From positions 32,646,085 to 32,710,084 of the forward strand of contig NC_068995.1 of NCBI RefSeq assembly GCF_001194135.2: a stretch of DNA of 64,000 nucleotides, in the 5' to 3' direction. The DNA comes from Octopus bimaculoides (lineage: Eukaryota). Below, one piece after another: positions 23,901 through 32,183 of this stretch. The notes below the pieces were generated by a model. The model was not told where the DNA came from. It did not search any database and worked only from the letters and a program-made list of their open reading frames with translations. Within the stretch, counting starts at the first letter, position 1. Each line of letters begins with the position of its first letter. Position numbers and translations under genes: made by a program.

Positions 23901-26900
23901 CAGAATTACCGATATGGCCAGGAAAAAAAGGTTTGCAATTTAGTTGTATTTAACATAATTTCACTTACTAATAATTAGATTTTATTAAATTTTCATTAAA
24001 TAGAAATAATTTGTGTTTAACAGGTGTCACATTAAAAGCTATCAAATTGCAAAGTTGTTGTTTATAGTTTCAGCTTAGAGCTGCGGCCATGCTGATGCAC
24101 CGCTGTGTTTGTGTTGTCTATATAAATATAATCGGTTTTGTGGGACTGACACATGTCAGTCTGTTTTACTCACTCAATATACCCACCTTTTCATCCCTAA
24201 GGAGACTGACAATGTCAGTCTGCTTTAGCCACTCAGTATACCCTCCTCGTCCCTCGACATTAGTATTCCAATAATAAAAATAAATGAATATGATGCTGAT
24301 TGTGTGTGTATGTTTGCATGCATGTAACTGTATGAGACTGTGTGTTTAAGTGTGTTTGTGTGTGTACACATAACTGTATGAGACTGTGTGTTTAAGTGTG
24401 TTTATGTGTGTACACATAACTGTATTAGATTGTGTGTATATACGTAACTGTATGAGACTGTGTGTTTTTTTGTGTGCGTGTACACACACGTACCTGTATG
24501 AGACTGTGTTTGTGTGTCTCCGCGCAACCAGAAATAACCAAAGTATTATTTTACAAATTGTGAGCATATATATATGACACAATGAAGGAAATTATTGTTT
24601 ACAGTGCTCAGATGCACTACAACTAAAAAACAAAAATAAAAAAGCCATCAGTTGTACTGTTGGCAGATTTCAGGAAGCATGAAAATTTTGAAGGATGTAG
24701 TGTTACAAATGAATCAAATAGTAACAAAACAAGTCACTGGATTACTCACTTTCCAACAGCAATATTCCAAGCCAACTGACTATTGACAATTTGGACTAAT
24801 CCAGCAGGAAGGGAACATGGCAAGCCAGATCTGTAATGGAGCAAAATGAAAAGAATAAAAACTAAGACAAATGATTTTAATCAGAGTATAAAATATATAA
24901 ATAATGTATTTAAAATATTGTGAAGAATATGGGCTTCAAATTTTGACACAAGGCCAGTAATTTCTGGGGAGGTAGGTAAGTCAATTACATCAACTCCAGT
25001 GCTCAACTGGTATTTATTTTATTGACCCTGAAAGGATGAAAGGCAAAGTCGGTGGAATTTGAACACAAAACGTAAAGACAGACGAAATGCTGCTAAGCAT
25101 TTTGCTCAACATGCTAACAATTCTGCCAGCTTGTCACTTTTTAATGTAAGAAAGAATAATGAAAGAAACAAAGGTGAAGATAAATCATGATTTCAGTTAG
25201 ATAAAGAGTAATTATCTGATTTATTAAAATATATATCATCATTTTAATGTCCACTTTTCTATGCTTGTATGGGTCAGATGGAGTTTATTGAGGCAGATGT
25301 TTTAAAGTCTCACTTGTTTTCAAGCAAGGTAATATTTCCTCGTGGCCATACACATTTCGGCAGAATATCAAACACATACAAGCTTGTCCTTTCAGGTGCT
25401 GGTGCCACTTAAAAAAGCACCCGTGCCAGAGCTGCGTTAATACACCTGTGTAAATGCACCCATGACAGTGACACGTAAAAAGCACCCAGCACATTCTATT
25501 AAGTGGTTGGCATTAGAAAGGACATCCAGTCATAGAAACCATGCCACAACAGACAGTTGGAGTCCAGACAGCTTCTTGTTAGCCAGCTCCATGTCAAACT
25601 GTCCAACCCATGCCAGCATGGAGAGCAGACATTAAAAGATGATGATCAGAAATGAATGACATTCATTTACAACAATCACACAATGTCAAGACAAGGAGAC
25701 ACAAACAAGACTCAAACTCACATACATATTCACATCATCATCAGTTAACATCCTTGTTCAACGCTGGTATGCATGGGACATACATATATACACACACAAT
25801 GGACTTGTTTCAGTCAGTTTCCATCTACCAAATCCACTCATAAGCCTTTGGCCAACCCAAAGTGCCACATAGTGTGATTAAACCTGAAACCATGTGATTG
25901 AGAAGTAAACTTCCCAACAGCCATGCCTGCACCAATGTGAAAATATAAAATAAAATAAAAATGCATAAAACATTTCAATATATTTCTCATACTTACTTAA
26001 AAGGTATTCCAATATTTTTCAAAATATTCCATATACTTCCTTCAAAAAAAGAAAAAGTTGAATTTAATGTGGTCAATGTTTATAGTTGATTCTCAATAAA
26101 TTCAGTTGAAGACATTTCAATCAGGGATCTAATATTTAAACCATTGAATATGTTAAGCCATTACACCTCTGATAGAGGAGAGAATATAGGTATAGAACAA
26201 TCCCTTCTGCAACAAAGCACAACATATCTCAGTCCTCTGTCATCTCCTTTATTTTGAGATCGGCATTTGTTCCATGCCCTCCTGGGTCTCTACCTTCCAC
26301 AACTTCCCTCCACTTTAAGTGATTTGATCCATTTATTTTTTTTAAATACAAACACAGCTTTAAAAAGTAAATAAGCAAAAACAGAAATTGAAAAAGGAAA
26401 AAAAACTTACTCTGTGATGCAGAGGTGAGTTTGTTCCATATCGAAAGCTCTTTGCTGTCTTTCTGTGGACGATACTGGAAAAAAAAAGGTTTTAGTATAA
26501 ATATTGTAATGATTAATCAAGTAAAACATCATCATATTTTGATTATCATTAGCAGAAGCAGTTAGTATGAGAAGGAAAGAGTGGAGAATATTTGGCTTCA
26601 AAAATATACATGGTGTAGTAACGCCTTGTCTCGTTCGCATGCGTAGTCATCAATATCCAAGTTTGGCGCCGATATTCATTCTCTTTCTCGGTCAGCCGGC
26701 CATGAGCATGGACGGGTCAAGCTTTCTCTCCAGCATTCCAACGTCTCAGCAACCATGCCTATTTCCTACATAAATAAATATTGTTGTGTTGATAGTTCAG
26801 AGTCAGCGTTACGTTGTTTCTTTTTGAATTTAATATAGGAAAGCGGGTATACACCTAATGGTGTATAACCACTTTCCTATAATGGAAATATAATTGATCT

Positions 26901-29900
26901 TTGATATTGTTTGATTGATCCCTAGCTGGTGACCACAGGTGGAGGCTGTCCTTTCAACCAATATGCTACTGTGGGTGCTGCTGGATAATGGACTCTGGTG
27001 ATGATGTTATTCCATGCTTTCTGATCCATGGCATTGACCTTAGCATGCTCAAGGTCAAGGTACTGCAACTTCAGGTCTTCTTCAATTTGTTTCACCCATG
27101 TATTTGGTGCGCTGGAAATCTAACAAGTGATATTAGCTGTCATTTTATAACTGCTATCAGTACAGATACCTAAAGTTAATAGAGATTCTTAAATATTGAT
27201 ACAGTTTCATCCACTTTTGTGGTGTAAGTATATCATCATCCTCATCATCATTTAACGTCCACTTTCCATCAGGTCCATTCATTCAACTAAAAATTCTTCA
27301 AGGCTATGCTCCAACATGGCCACAGTCTAATGACTGAAATGAATAAACGATAGTCTAGGATGTCCATGTGAGTATCAGCCACACCATCCCAGATATGGGA
27401 GTAGTTGTCTGCTGAAGTTTTACAATGCTGCTATTAGCAATGCTAAGATACTGGATGGATCTGTTCAATCTGAACATAAAAAAAGGTAGAATATTTAGGC
27501 CAGATCTGGTCAGTTTAAATGCTAAAAGGTTAACTATACATTGACTAAGCCATATTCCACTCCACTACATATTTTAAGAATTTCAGCAGTAATCCCTAAT
27601 GGACCAGGGGCTTTCCTGTTTTCATATCCTTAATTGCCTTATATATTATACTGCTGTTGACTAGGATAGTTGGTCTCTCTGTTGGGTCCACATTGGGAAG
27701 ATCCTGTTTCTCTCAGATATTCTCCATGGTTAACAGCCTTCCATTGAAGTATTTCCATGCTTCTTTCTTTTCAGAAACAGAAAGTGTAAGTGTACCATTA
27801 TCTATCCACACATTCATTTCTCTGATACACTGTCTTGCAATCTGAAGCATTTGCTCCTCATGCTGGAAAACATTGGCAAATTTCTTCCTTTCTACTTATC
27901 CATTTACTATGTAAACCTGTCACTTAGCTTCCCTTTTTGCTGTCTGGTATACTTCTCTGCTACCTGCATTCTTTCAATCCTTCCAGGCCTGCCTTTTCAC
28001 TTTTATAGTTCTGTCTATTTCACTGTTCTACCACATCACCTTCTTCCAGCTGGAACTTTGCACCAGCCACATAGGTGCTATCAAAAAGTTCCCAGACAGA
28101 TAGCAGCACACGGATGAGTGCACAGTGAGAGCTAGCAGTGACCTTCATGAGGCAGTGTGCCGAGTGACATTGCTGTGTTTACTTTGCAAGTTGTGAAATT
28201 TGTGTTTTTGTTATAATGTGTATGCAGTAGTCTGCAAGTTTGTCATGGACAGGAACAAAAAGCCAACATGAAATTTTGCTACAGAGATACTGAGCATACT
28301 TCGGCAAGCTTACAGTGACGAGGTAATGGCTCATACACAATGTTTTTGAGTGGTACAGGTGCTTCAAAAGAAGAACATCCCTGGAAGACAATGAGCAATC
28401 TGGAAGACTTGCTGTGAGCATCACCCCTGGAAATGTGGTATTGTGCATCAAGAATTCATCCTCTGGGGCCAGACTGTCAATTGAGAGTTCTACTGCAACG
28501 TTTTGAAGCATTTGAGAGAGGACATTCAGCAAAATGACCAGATCTATGGAGCTCAAAGAACTGGATTCTTCACAACGACAATGTACCCTGTCACTCAGCT
28601 CTCCCCACTCATGAGTTTCTCCCTAAAAACAACATAGTATCGCTTCCGCATCTGCCCTATTTGCCAAATTTAGCAGTGGACTTCCATCTCTTCCCCAAGA
28701 TGAAACTGCAGCTCAAAGGTCGCCATTTTAACACAGCTATTGAGATCCAGAGCAAATTGCAGAATGTTTTAAACTCACTCATAGAAAACTTCCAGGCCAA
28801 ATTTCAAAAGCTGGACCAGTGTATTGCTGCACAAGGTAATTATTTTGAAGGAGATGACGTTAAAACTTAGTTCAATGAATTATTTTTTATTAAACATAAC
28901 TAGCCCTGGAACTTTTTGAAACCACCTCCTATGTGGTCTGTAGCTCCCACAAGACCTTCTACTTGTCCTCTATGTTATATATCTTTAACACCTTCTTTTC
29001 AACAAAAGCTTCAGTTAAAATATCTTTAAATGTCTTACTATTTGCAAGGTCTATGAGTTTCCATGCCTTTCTTTTCCAGACTGGTTTGTTTCTCTTAATC
29101 CTTCTAGCTCTAATTTTGAAGTCACTAACCATTAACCTATGCTGGGTAGTACATTCCTTGCCTGGGAAAAATTTTGCGTGCATTTCTAAGCATTTGTGTA
29201 TCCTGTCTTCTAATGGTCAATCTGGTTTATATGCACATTAAATTGATAGATGATCAGGTGCCTGGTTGGTTTCCAGAAGTTAGTGTTGTAGATCATCAAG
29301 TCAGAGTGCTGCCCAACATAACCATTAAAGTCACTAGCCACAATAAGAAAGTTACTGTCAATCATCATCAAAGTATTCTGCACCTAAAAACTGGAATATA
29401 TACGGTAAACTAAAATATAGTGAATTAATGATGAGGTACCAGAGCAAAGGTTAAAATATGATACACTTTCAAAAGCAAAGGATTCTTATCTCAAAGTAAA
29501 AGAGCCAATTCGCAGAATTCTGCAAAAATTATGAGGTCAGCTTTGGCTAAAATTTTGCTAAATCTAAGCCGCGATTACTTCTTTGTCTACCTCATAAAAA
29601 ATTATTATTCTGGTATTTGAACTCGTAAGAAATAATAATTGAACAATTTCTATTATTTTACTTCACCAAGGAACCTCTTTCCGATTGCTTAACTTTTGGA
29701 AATAGCAACCAAACCTTCCTGGAATTAGCCAGTCTGAATACAAAAAAAAAAAAAAAAAATCCTAAACAAACTGATGCCTGTACTCGGTCGAATGAAAAAA
29801 ATCCCCTAAACTAAACAAACTAACCACAGCACAATATCCTGCTTGACAAGAAAGAAAAAAAAACTCAAAAACTTCCACGGCGCCAAACAAATTACCCAAA

Positions 29901-31643
29901 AGTTTGTATTGTGAAAGTAGACACTACAGCAAAAGGAACCATATGTTTAGCTGTGCCTCACAGTTCATGTTGAAATTATACTAAGTCAATCTTACTTTTC
30001 ATTCTCCTAGAGTCGATGAAATTAGTAGCAGTGAGATACCGAGTCAAATATACAAATTCTACAAAACTGTTTTTATGCTTAGTTTAATAAAATTTAGTCC
30101 CAAGTCAGCTCTTGGGGTGAATCACAACAATCATAGACCAGCTTTTTGTTATAACCATGACAATATTGTCCAATACATCTTTCTTTTTAAGATGAAATGG
30201 GGTTATCTGAGATAGACCTAGCTACTATTTCTACTAGATCAAGCAACCAAGTAGAGGTTCCTTGGTTGGCTCGTCCAGCAGAATTTTTGCTAATGTTTAG
30301 TCCTAATTGAACGCGGATCAGTAGACTTATGATCAAAGACGTCCCATTAGTCTTTTTTTTAGGGGTATATAAAACTCAATGTGTCCTTCCTCTTCAAAGG
30401 CGATAGGGTGTGGTTCGAAGGGTATTTGGCTGTCATTTCTAGCTGCTCGAGATTCCTTATTATTATTAATGAATCACCACTGGGTCGCGGGCGCCTCATT
30501 AGAGTCCCTAATGCCCTTGAGAAAAGCATGATTGCCACACATACTCATTAATCAGTTGTTGTAAATGTCTGTCAGGAACGGTTACTGTTGTTGTTCGTTA
30601 ATAATAATAATAATAATTAGGCAAATACATATGTAAACAACGTGAATATGAGATGTTTATTGTATTGTGTGAAGCCAGCATTTAAAACTAAAGTTATGAA
30701 ATAAGGTTTAAATTAGTTACGATGGTGGTAATAAGAGGAAATGTATCTGTAGTTTAAGAAGAGCAATGCAACAAAATAAATACTTCACATAAACACTACT
30801 TCGGGAATATAGAGGGTCTATATTAAAACCAACAATTTCCCTTAATTTACACAGAAACGTAGCTAAAAGTAATATTTAGAAGGAACAATATATACACATA
30901 TTTATAACTTTAGCTTTTTGACACTATACGTTTTCGAAGATCTCAACGTTCCATAAAATACTATGCAAGCATGGTAAAATAAACGTTCTTATTGTAATGG
31001 GGGAAAAGGAATACTTAAAAACCAAATTCAATATATAGATATATATATTTAGTGAATTACTATATATCTTAAAGGTTATATTCAATAGGTTTCTATAAAA
31101 ATAATATACATAGATGGCAATTTTTAATCATCATATTCCGAATTACCAGGAAATTCGTTGGAACATTTATTTTTAAGAATCAAAATAATGCATGATTTTA
31201 AGAAGTTAATTTACTGTTGTGTCATGTCGAATAAGAGACGTGATTAAGAAACACTTAACTCAGCAATTAACACGCGTCCGATTGACAACGAGGAGTACTT
31301 GAAAACAAAAATATTGATGAATAAACAAAAAAAATCAAACAGTTCTGTTAGAAGTAGTGACAAAAACACAATTAAGACAAACTACAAAGATACGAAAATG
31401 ATGGCTTATAAAAAAAAACCTGCCAACTTAACCAAAGCAGACACGTAGAAGCAACACTTTGAAGTTTATATACAACAAAAAATATCCATCAGTATTCAAG
31501 TGAAATGAAAAATTAATACTAAAACAAAAGTATACGTTAAAATAAATATTTACAAATGGTTCTGCATCCACTTTCCATTCGGCATGTACAGTGAGATTGT
31601 AGAGAATGTTTTCTTCATTCGACTCGTCCTCCGCAGGCGCCAT
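6071..31643 (-). CDS. NBAS: NBAS (neuroblastoma-amplified sequence / NAG, NRZ tethering complex and NMD factor), 5' part: 14 coding exons, about 517 aa, gene continues left of the window
   Basis: Exons join in frame (90+64+43+81+48+178+98+301+66+129+64+50+144+197=1553 nt) with AG acceptors and GT/GC donors. The translation carries motifs matching recalled human NBAS: ENILYNLTVHAEW, GQLVAILQDQFVEIR, PQWRQIAWS, IAGLVFLE, GLSLWRILSDSPHYK, IFKMCLSPD, LIDINWW, LARCPGA..LKNLLG..EWFEPSP, ERFQPPRKKP. Confidence 0.96.
6920..7620 (-). mobile_element. RTE LINE 3' end with (GAT)n-tailed UTR
   Basis: Minus frame reads VQERRLHWYGHVMHMDKDNCIKKCW..GRNRPRKMWDEVVRKDLQMLGLTEGM, continuing into the tail repeat. 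Confidence 0.8.
7880..8270 (+). mobile_element. RTE LINE 3' ORF fragment
   Basis: Homologous to the 7250-7620 fragment in the opposite orientation (LREKLGMRRIRC..KRRLHWYKHV). Confidence 0.65.
8297..8517 (+). mobile_element. Mariner-derived MITE (about 217 bp, TA-flanked)
   Basis: TA|caagggggtactgaaaaatttc ... ggaacttttcagcactcccttg|TA; interior retains the transposase C-terminal end (KCVNLRGEYVE*). Confidence 0.85.
8520..9370. repeat. Pyrimidine-rich (C/T) low-complexity tract
   Basis: G is scarce on the + strand for about 850 bp; the ORFs here are compositional artefacts. Confidence 0.7.
9886..10029 (-). CDS. NBAS: NBAS exon 13 (ALILARCPGAVSLVSTNTLKNLLGAHPEWFEPSPRVTSTYEGRFLGLE)
   Basis: tattag| acceptor, GAG|gtaata donor; 144 nt; strong match to human LARCSGA..LKNLLGKSCEWFEPSP. 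Confidence 0.95.
11139..11362. mobile_element. piggyBac-like MITE copy
   Basis: ttaaccctttagcatt start; shared interior (tattctacctgttttatg, agataatgcatgattaattcaaaa); right end degraded. Confidence 0.75.
11522..11571 (-). CDS. NBAS: NBAS exon 12 (DLVPSKNLIDINWWSEN)
   Basis: tttcag| acceptor, AAC|gtaaga donor; 50 nt; resembles human LIDVNWWAD. Confidence 0.92.
11680..11917. mobile_element. Young MITE with perfect 57-bp terminal inverted repeats
   Basis: 11680-11736 is the exact reverse complement of 11861-11917; CpG-rich 124-nt interior; abuts a (TA)n run. Confidence 0.9.
12519..12960 (-). mobile_element. Two tandem, CpG-eroded SINE family 2 copies
   Basis: Both match the reverse complement of 31973-32183, with CG changed to CA/TG. 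Confidence 0.8.
14034..14097 (-). CDS. NBAS: NBAS exon 11 (PGYDDISQEFLENPYKKKFLK), followed by a GC donor
   Basis: tttcacag| acceptor; 64 nt ending AAAG|gcaagt; only this donor keeps the next exon in frame. Confidence 0.9.
15415..15522. other. Assembly gap (N run)
   Basis: Ns; the other gaps are 39704-39713, 44432-44463 and 50601-50654. Confidence 0.99.
15587..15715 (-). CDS. NBAS: NBAS exon 10 (DSIFKMCLSPDTKQLVTLHYSGELVLWDVPSLRKRKSWLHEDQ)
   Basis: tctag| acceptor, CAG|gtaatt donor; 129 nt; resembles human DGIFKMSLSPDG..HFSGKLSIW.IPSL. Confidence 0.95.
15856..16481. mobile_element. piggyBac-like (TTAA-CCC) MITE interrupted by a young SINE
   Basis: taaccctttagcatt ... aatgctatagggttaa ends; the two halves are separated by the SINE at 15930-16314. 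Confidence 0.8.
15930..16314 (+). mobile_element. Full-length young tRNA-derived SINE (family 1)
   Basis: Pol III A box TGGCCCAGTGG (15940-15950) and B box GGTTTCGATTCC (15983-15994); short caa tail; 12-bp TSD aaatctatcatt (15916-15927 and 16315-16326); CpGs intact. Confidence 0.92.
16783..16848 (-). CDS. NBAS: NBAS exon 9 (SKPKSFLKKLFLLPKLSWKNSK)
   Basis: tttttgttgcag| acceptor, AAG|gtatag donor; 66 nt, phase 0 to 0, in the expected position of a poorly conserved exon. Confidence 0.75.
17882..17946. repeat. (CA)n(TC)n compound microsatellite
   Basis: Seen directly; (AG)n also at 17309-17340 and about 38255-38280. Confidence 0.95.
18498..18798 (-). CDS. NBAS: NBAS exon 8 (SAHLLVVNYLGKL...GLSLWRILSDSPHYKLVTDYEQDLHK)
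   Basis: Long pyrimidine tract ctcag| acceptor, AAG|gtaagt donor; 301 nt; overlaps ORF 18354..18770. Confidence 0.95.
18947..20209 (+). mobile_element. Near full-length, decayed mariner transposon in NBAS intron 7
   Basis: About 1.26 kb. Degenerate TIRs (left ttcgagggcaatcaaagaatta, right revcomp tatgagggtaagtcaaaaatta). Disrupted transposase reads KEEQRSVI..., HKVCVR*LPR, VTGDD, AYSPDLTPSDYHFL (19918-19960), with many stops and frameshifts. Confidence 0.9.
20435..20765. mobile_element. hAT-like MITE
   Basis: caggggtctcaac ... gttgagaacccttg termini; multiple subterminal (a/g)tggacc(c) motifs; no clean 8-bp TSD. Confidence 0.65.
21032..21129 (-). CDS. NBAS: NBAS exon 7 (ATETSSSNVGVPTDLTHSIAGLVFLENTKVKDG)
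   Basis: cacacag| acceptor, GG|gtatgt donor; 98 nt, phase 0 to 2; resembles human DLSYAIAGLIFLE. Confidence 0.92.
21841..22018 (-). CDS. NBAS: NBAS exon 6 (SSHDDYNNIIGRSC...PQWRQIAWSSDGALLA...GNPLFSIPS)
   Basis: tttgtag| acceptor, |gtaagt donor; 178 nt; overlaps ORF 21748..21972. Confidence 0.95.
23497..23544 (-). CDS. NBAS: NBAS exon 5 (FGQLVAILQDQFVEIR)
   Basis: tttttgcag| acceptor, AG|gtgagt donor; 48 nt; resembles human NGKLLAAVQDQCVEIR. Confidence 0.94.
24320..24512. repeat. Minisatellite, about 5 units anchored on taactgtatgagactgtgtg
   Basis: The anchor recurs five times with TG-rich spacers of variable length. Confidence 0.8.
24750..24830 (-). CDS. NBAS: NBAS exon 4 (SGLPCSLPAGLVQIVNSQLAWNIAVGK)
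   Basis: ttacag| acceptor, |gtgagt donor; 81 nt; resembles human PFLLPDGLVRLVNKQINW. Confidence 0.92.
25997..26039 (-). CDS. NBAS: NBAS exon 3 (RSIWNILKNIGIPFK)
   Basis: tttttttgaag| acceptor, AA|gtaagt donor; 43 nt gives exactly the phase 1 to 2 bridge needed between exons 2 and 4. Confidence 0.75.
26411..26474 (-). CDS. NBAS: NBAS exon 2 (YRPQKDSKELSIWNKLTSASQ)
   Basis: Poly-T tract ccag| acceptor, A|gtaagt donor; 64 nt, phase 0 to 1. Weak protein conservation, supported by phase fit. Confidence 0.8.
28070..28932 (+). mobile_element. Internally deleted mariner transposon in NBAS intron 1
   Basis: Both TIRs present (ataggtgctatcaaaaagttcc / ggaactttttgaaaccacctcctat). N-terminal HTH is joined at about 28440 to the C-terminal part (DFHLFPKMKLQLKGRHF..., GNYFEGD in ORF 28661..28870). 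Confidence 0.88.
29000..29450 (-). mobile_element. RTE LINE fragment (end of AP-endonuclease domain and linker)
   Basis: ORF 28959..29183: KFFPGKECTTQHRLMVSDFKIRARRIK..RKAWKL. Confidence 0.7.
31554..31643 (-). CDS. NBAS: NBAS exon 1 (MAPAEDESNEENILYNLTVHAEWKVDAEPF)
   Basis: ATG in context taaaATGG; donor TTT|gtaaat, phase 0; resembles human EEETILYDLLVNTEW. Confidence 0.92.
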
Positions 31644-31760
31644 TTTAACTACGTCCTTCGCCTTGGCTACTTTGCTCAGGCCTTCACCTCTCTAAAAGCA
31701 AACTATTCGTTGATTCAATTTGATTCGTTGGCTTGATACACTTCTTAATAAACCATCAAA
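31638..31760 (-). promoter_or_regulatory. NBAS 5'UTR/core promoter region
   Basis: CpG-containing stretch upstream of the ATG; a YY1-type AAAATGGCG motif overlaps the start codon. Confidence 0.45.
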
Positions 31761-31972
31761 ACTTTCTTCTTTCAATTGTAGATGTCTTCACATACTTACA
31801 ATTAATATTTGTTAGAAAGTAATGAGTTATCTCACACTAATTTATGGATCAACATATAAACTATAAATAAGGATTTTATATTCAGACTTGAAAGCAACTA
31901 TTGGGAGATTCGGCAAAGCAACCCTGTCATAGGTTTCTCATTGCCATTTTAATGTCTTGTAGAACTCATGAA

Positions 31973-32183
31973 GGCGGTGAGCTGGCAGAATCGTGAGCAC
32001 GCCGGGCAAATGCTTAGCCGTATTTCGTTCGTCTTTACGTTCTAAGTTCAAATTCTGCCGAGGTTGACTTTGCCTTTCATCGTGTCGAATTCGATAAAAT
32101 AAGTACCGGTTGGGTACTGGTGTCGATGTAATCGATTTGCCCTTACCCCAAAATTGCTGGGCCCTATACTAAAATTTGAAACC
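31973..32183 (+). mobile_element. tRNA-derived SINE family 2 (gctggcagaatcgttagc...agttcaaattc...gataaaataagtac)
   Basis: A/B-box-like head. Other copies lie at about 12519-12728(-), 12751-12960(-), 24935-25137(-), 37385-37572(-), 37628-37791(-), 39385-39575(+), 43060-43262(+) and 59050-59200(-). Confidence 0.85.

Noticed and set aside
28179-28556. 125-aa minus-strand ORF
   Set aside because: It is antisense to the deleted mariner transposase and has no independent coding signal.
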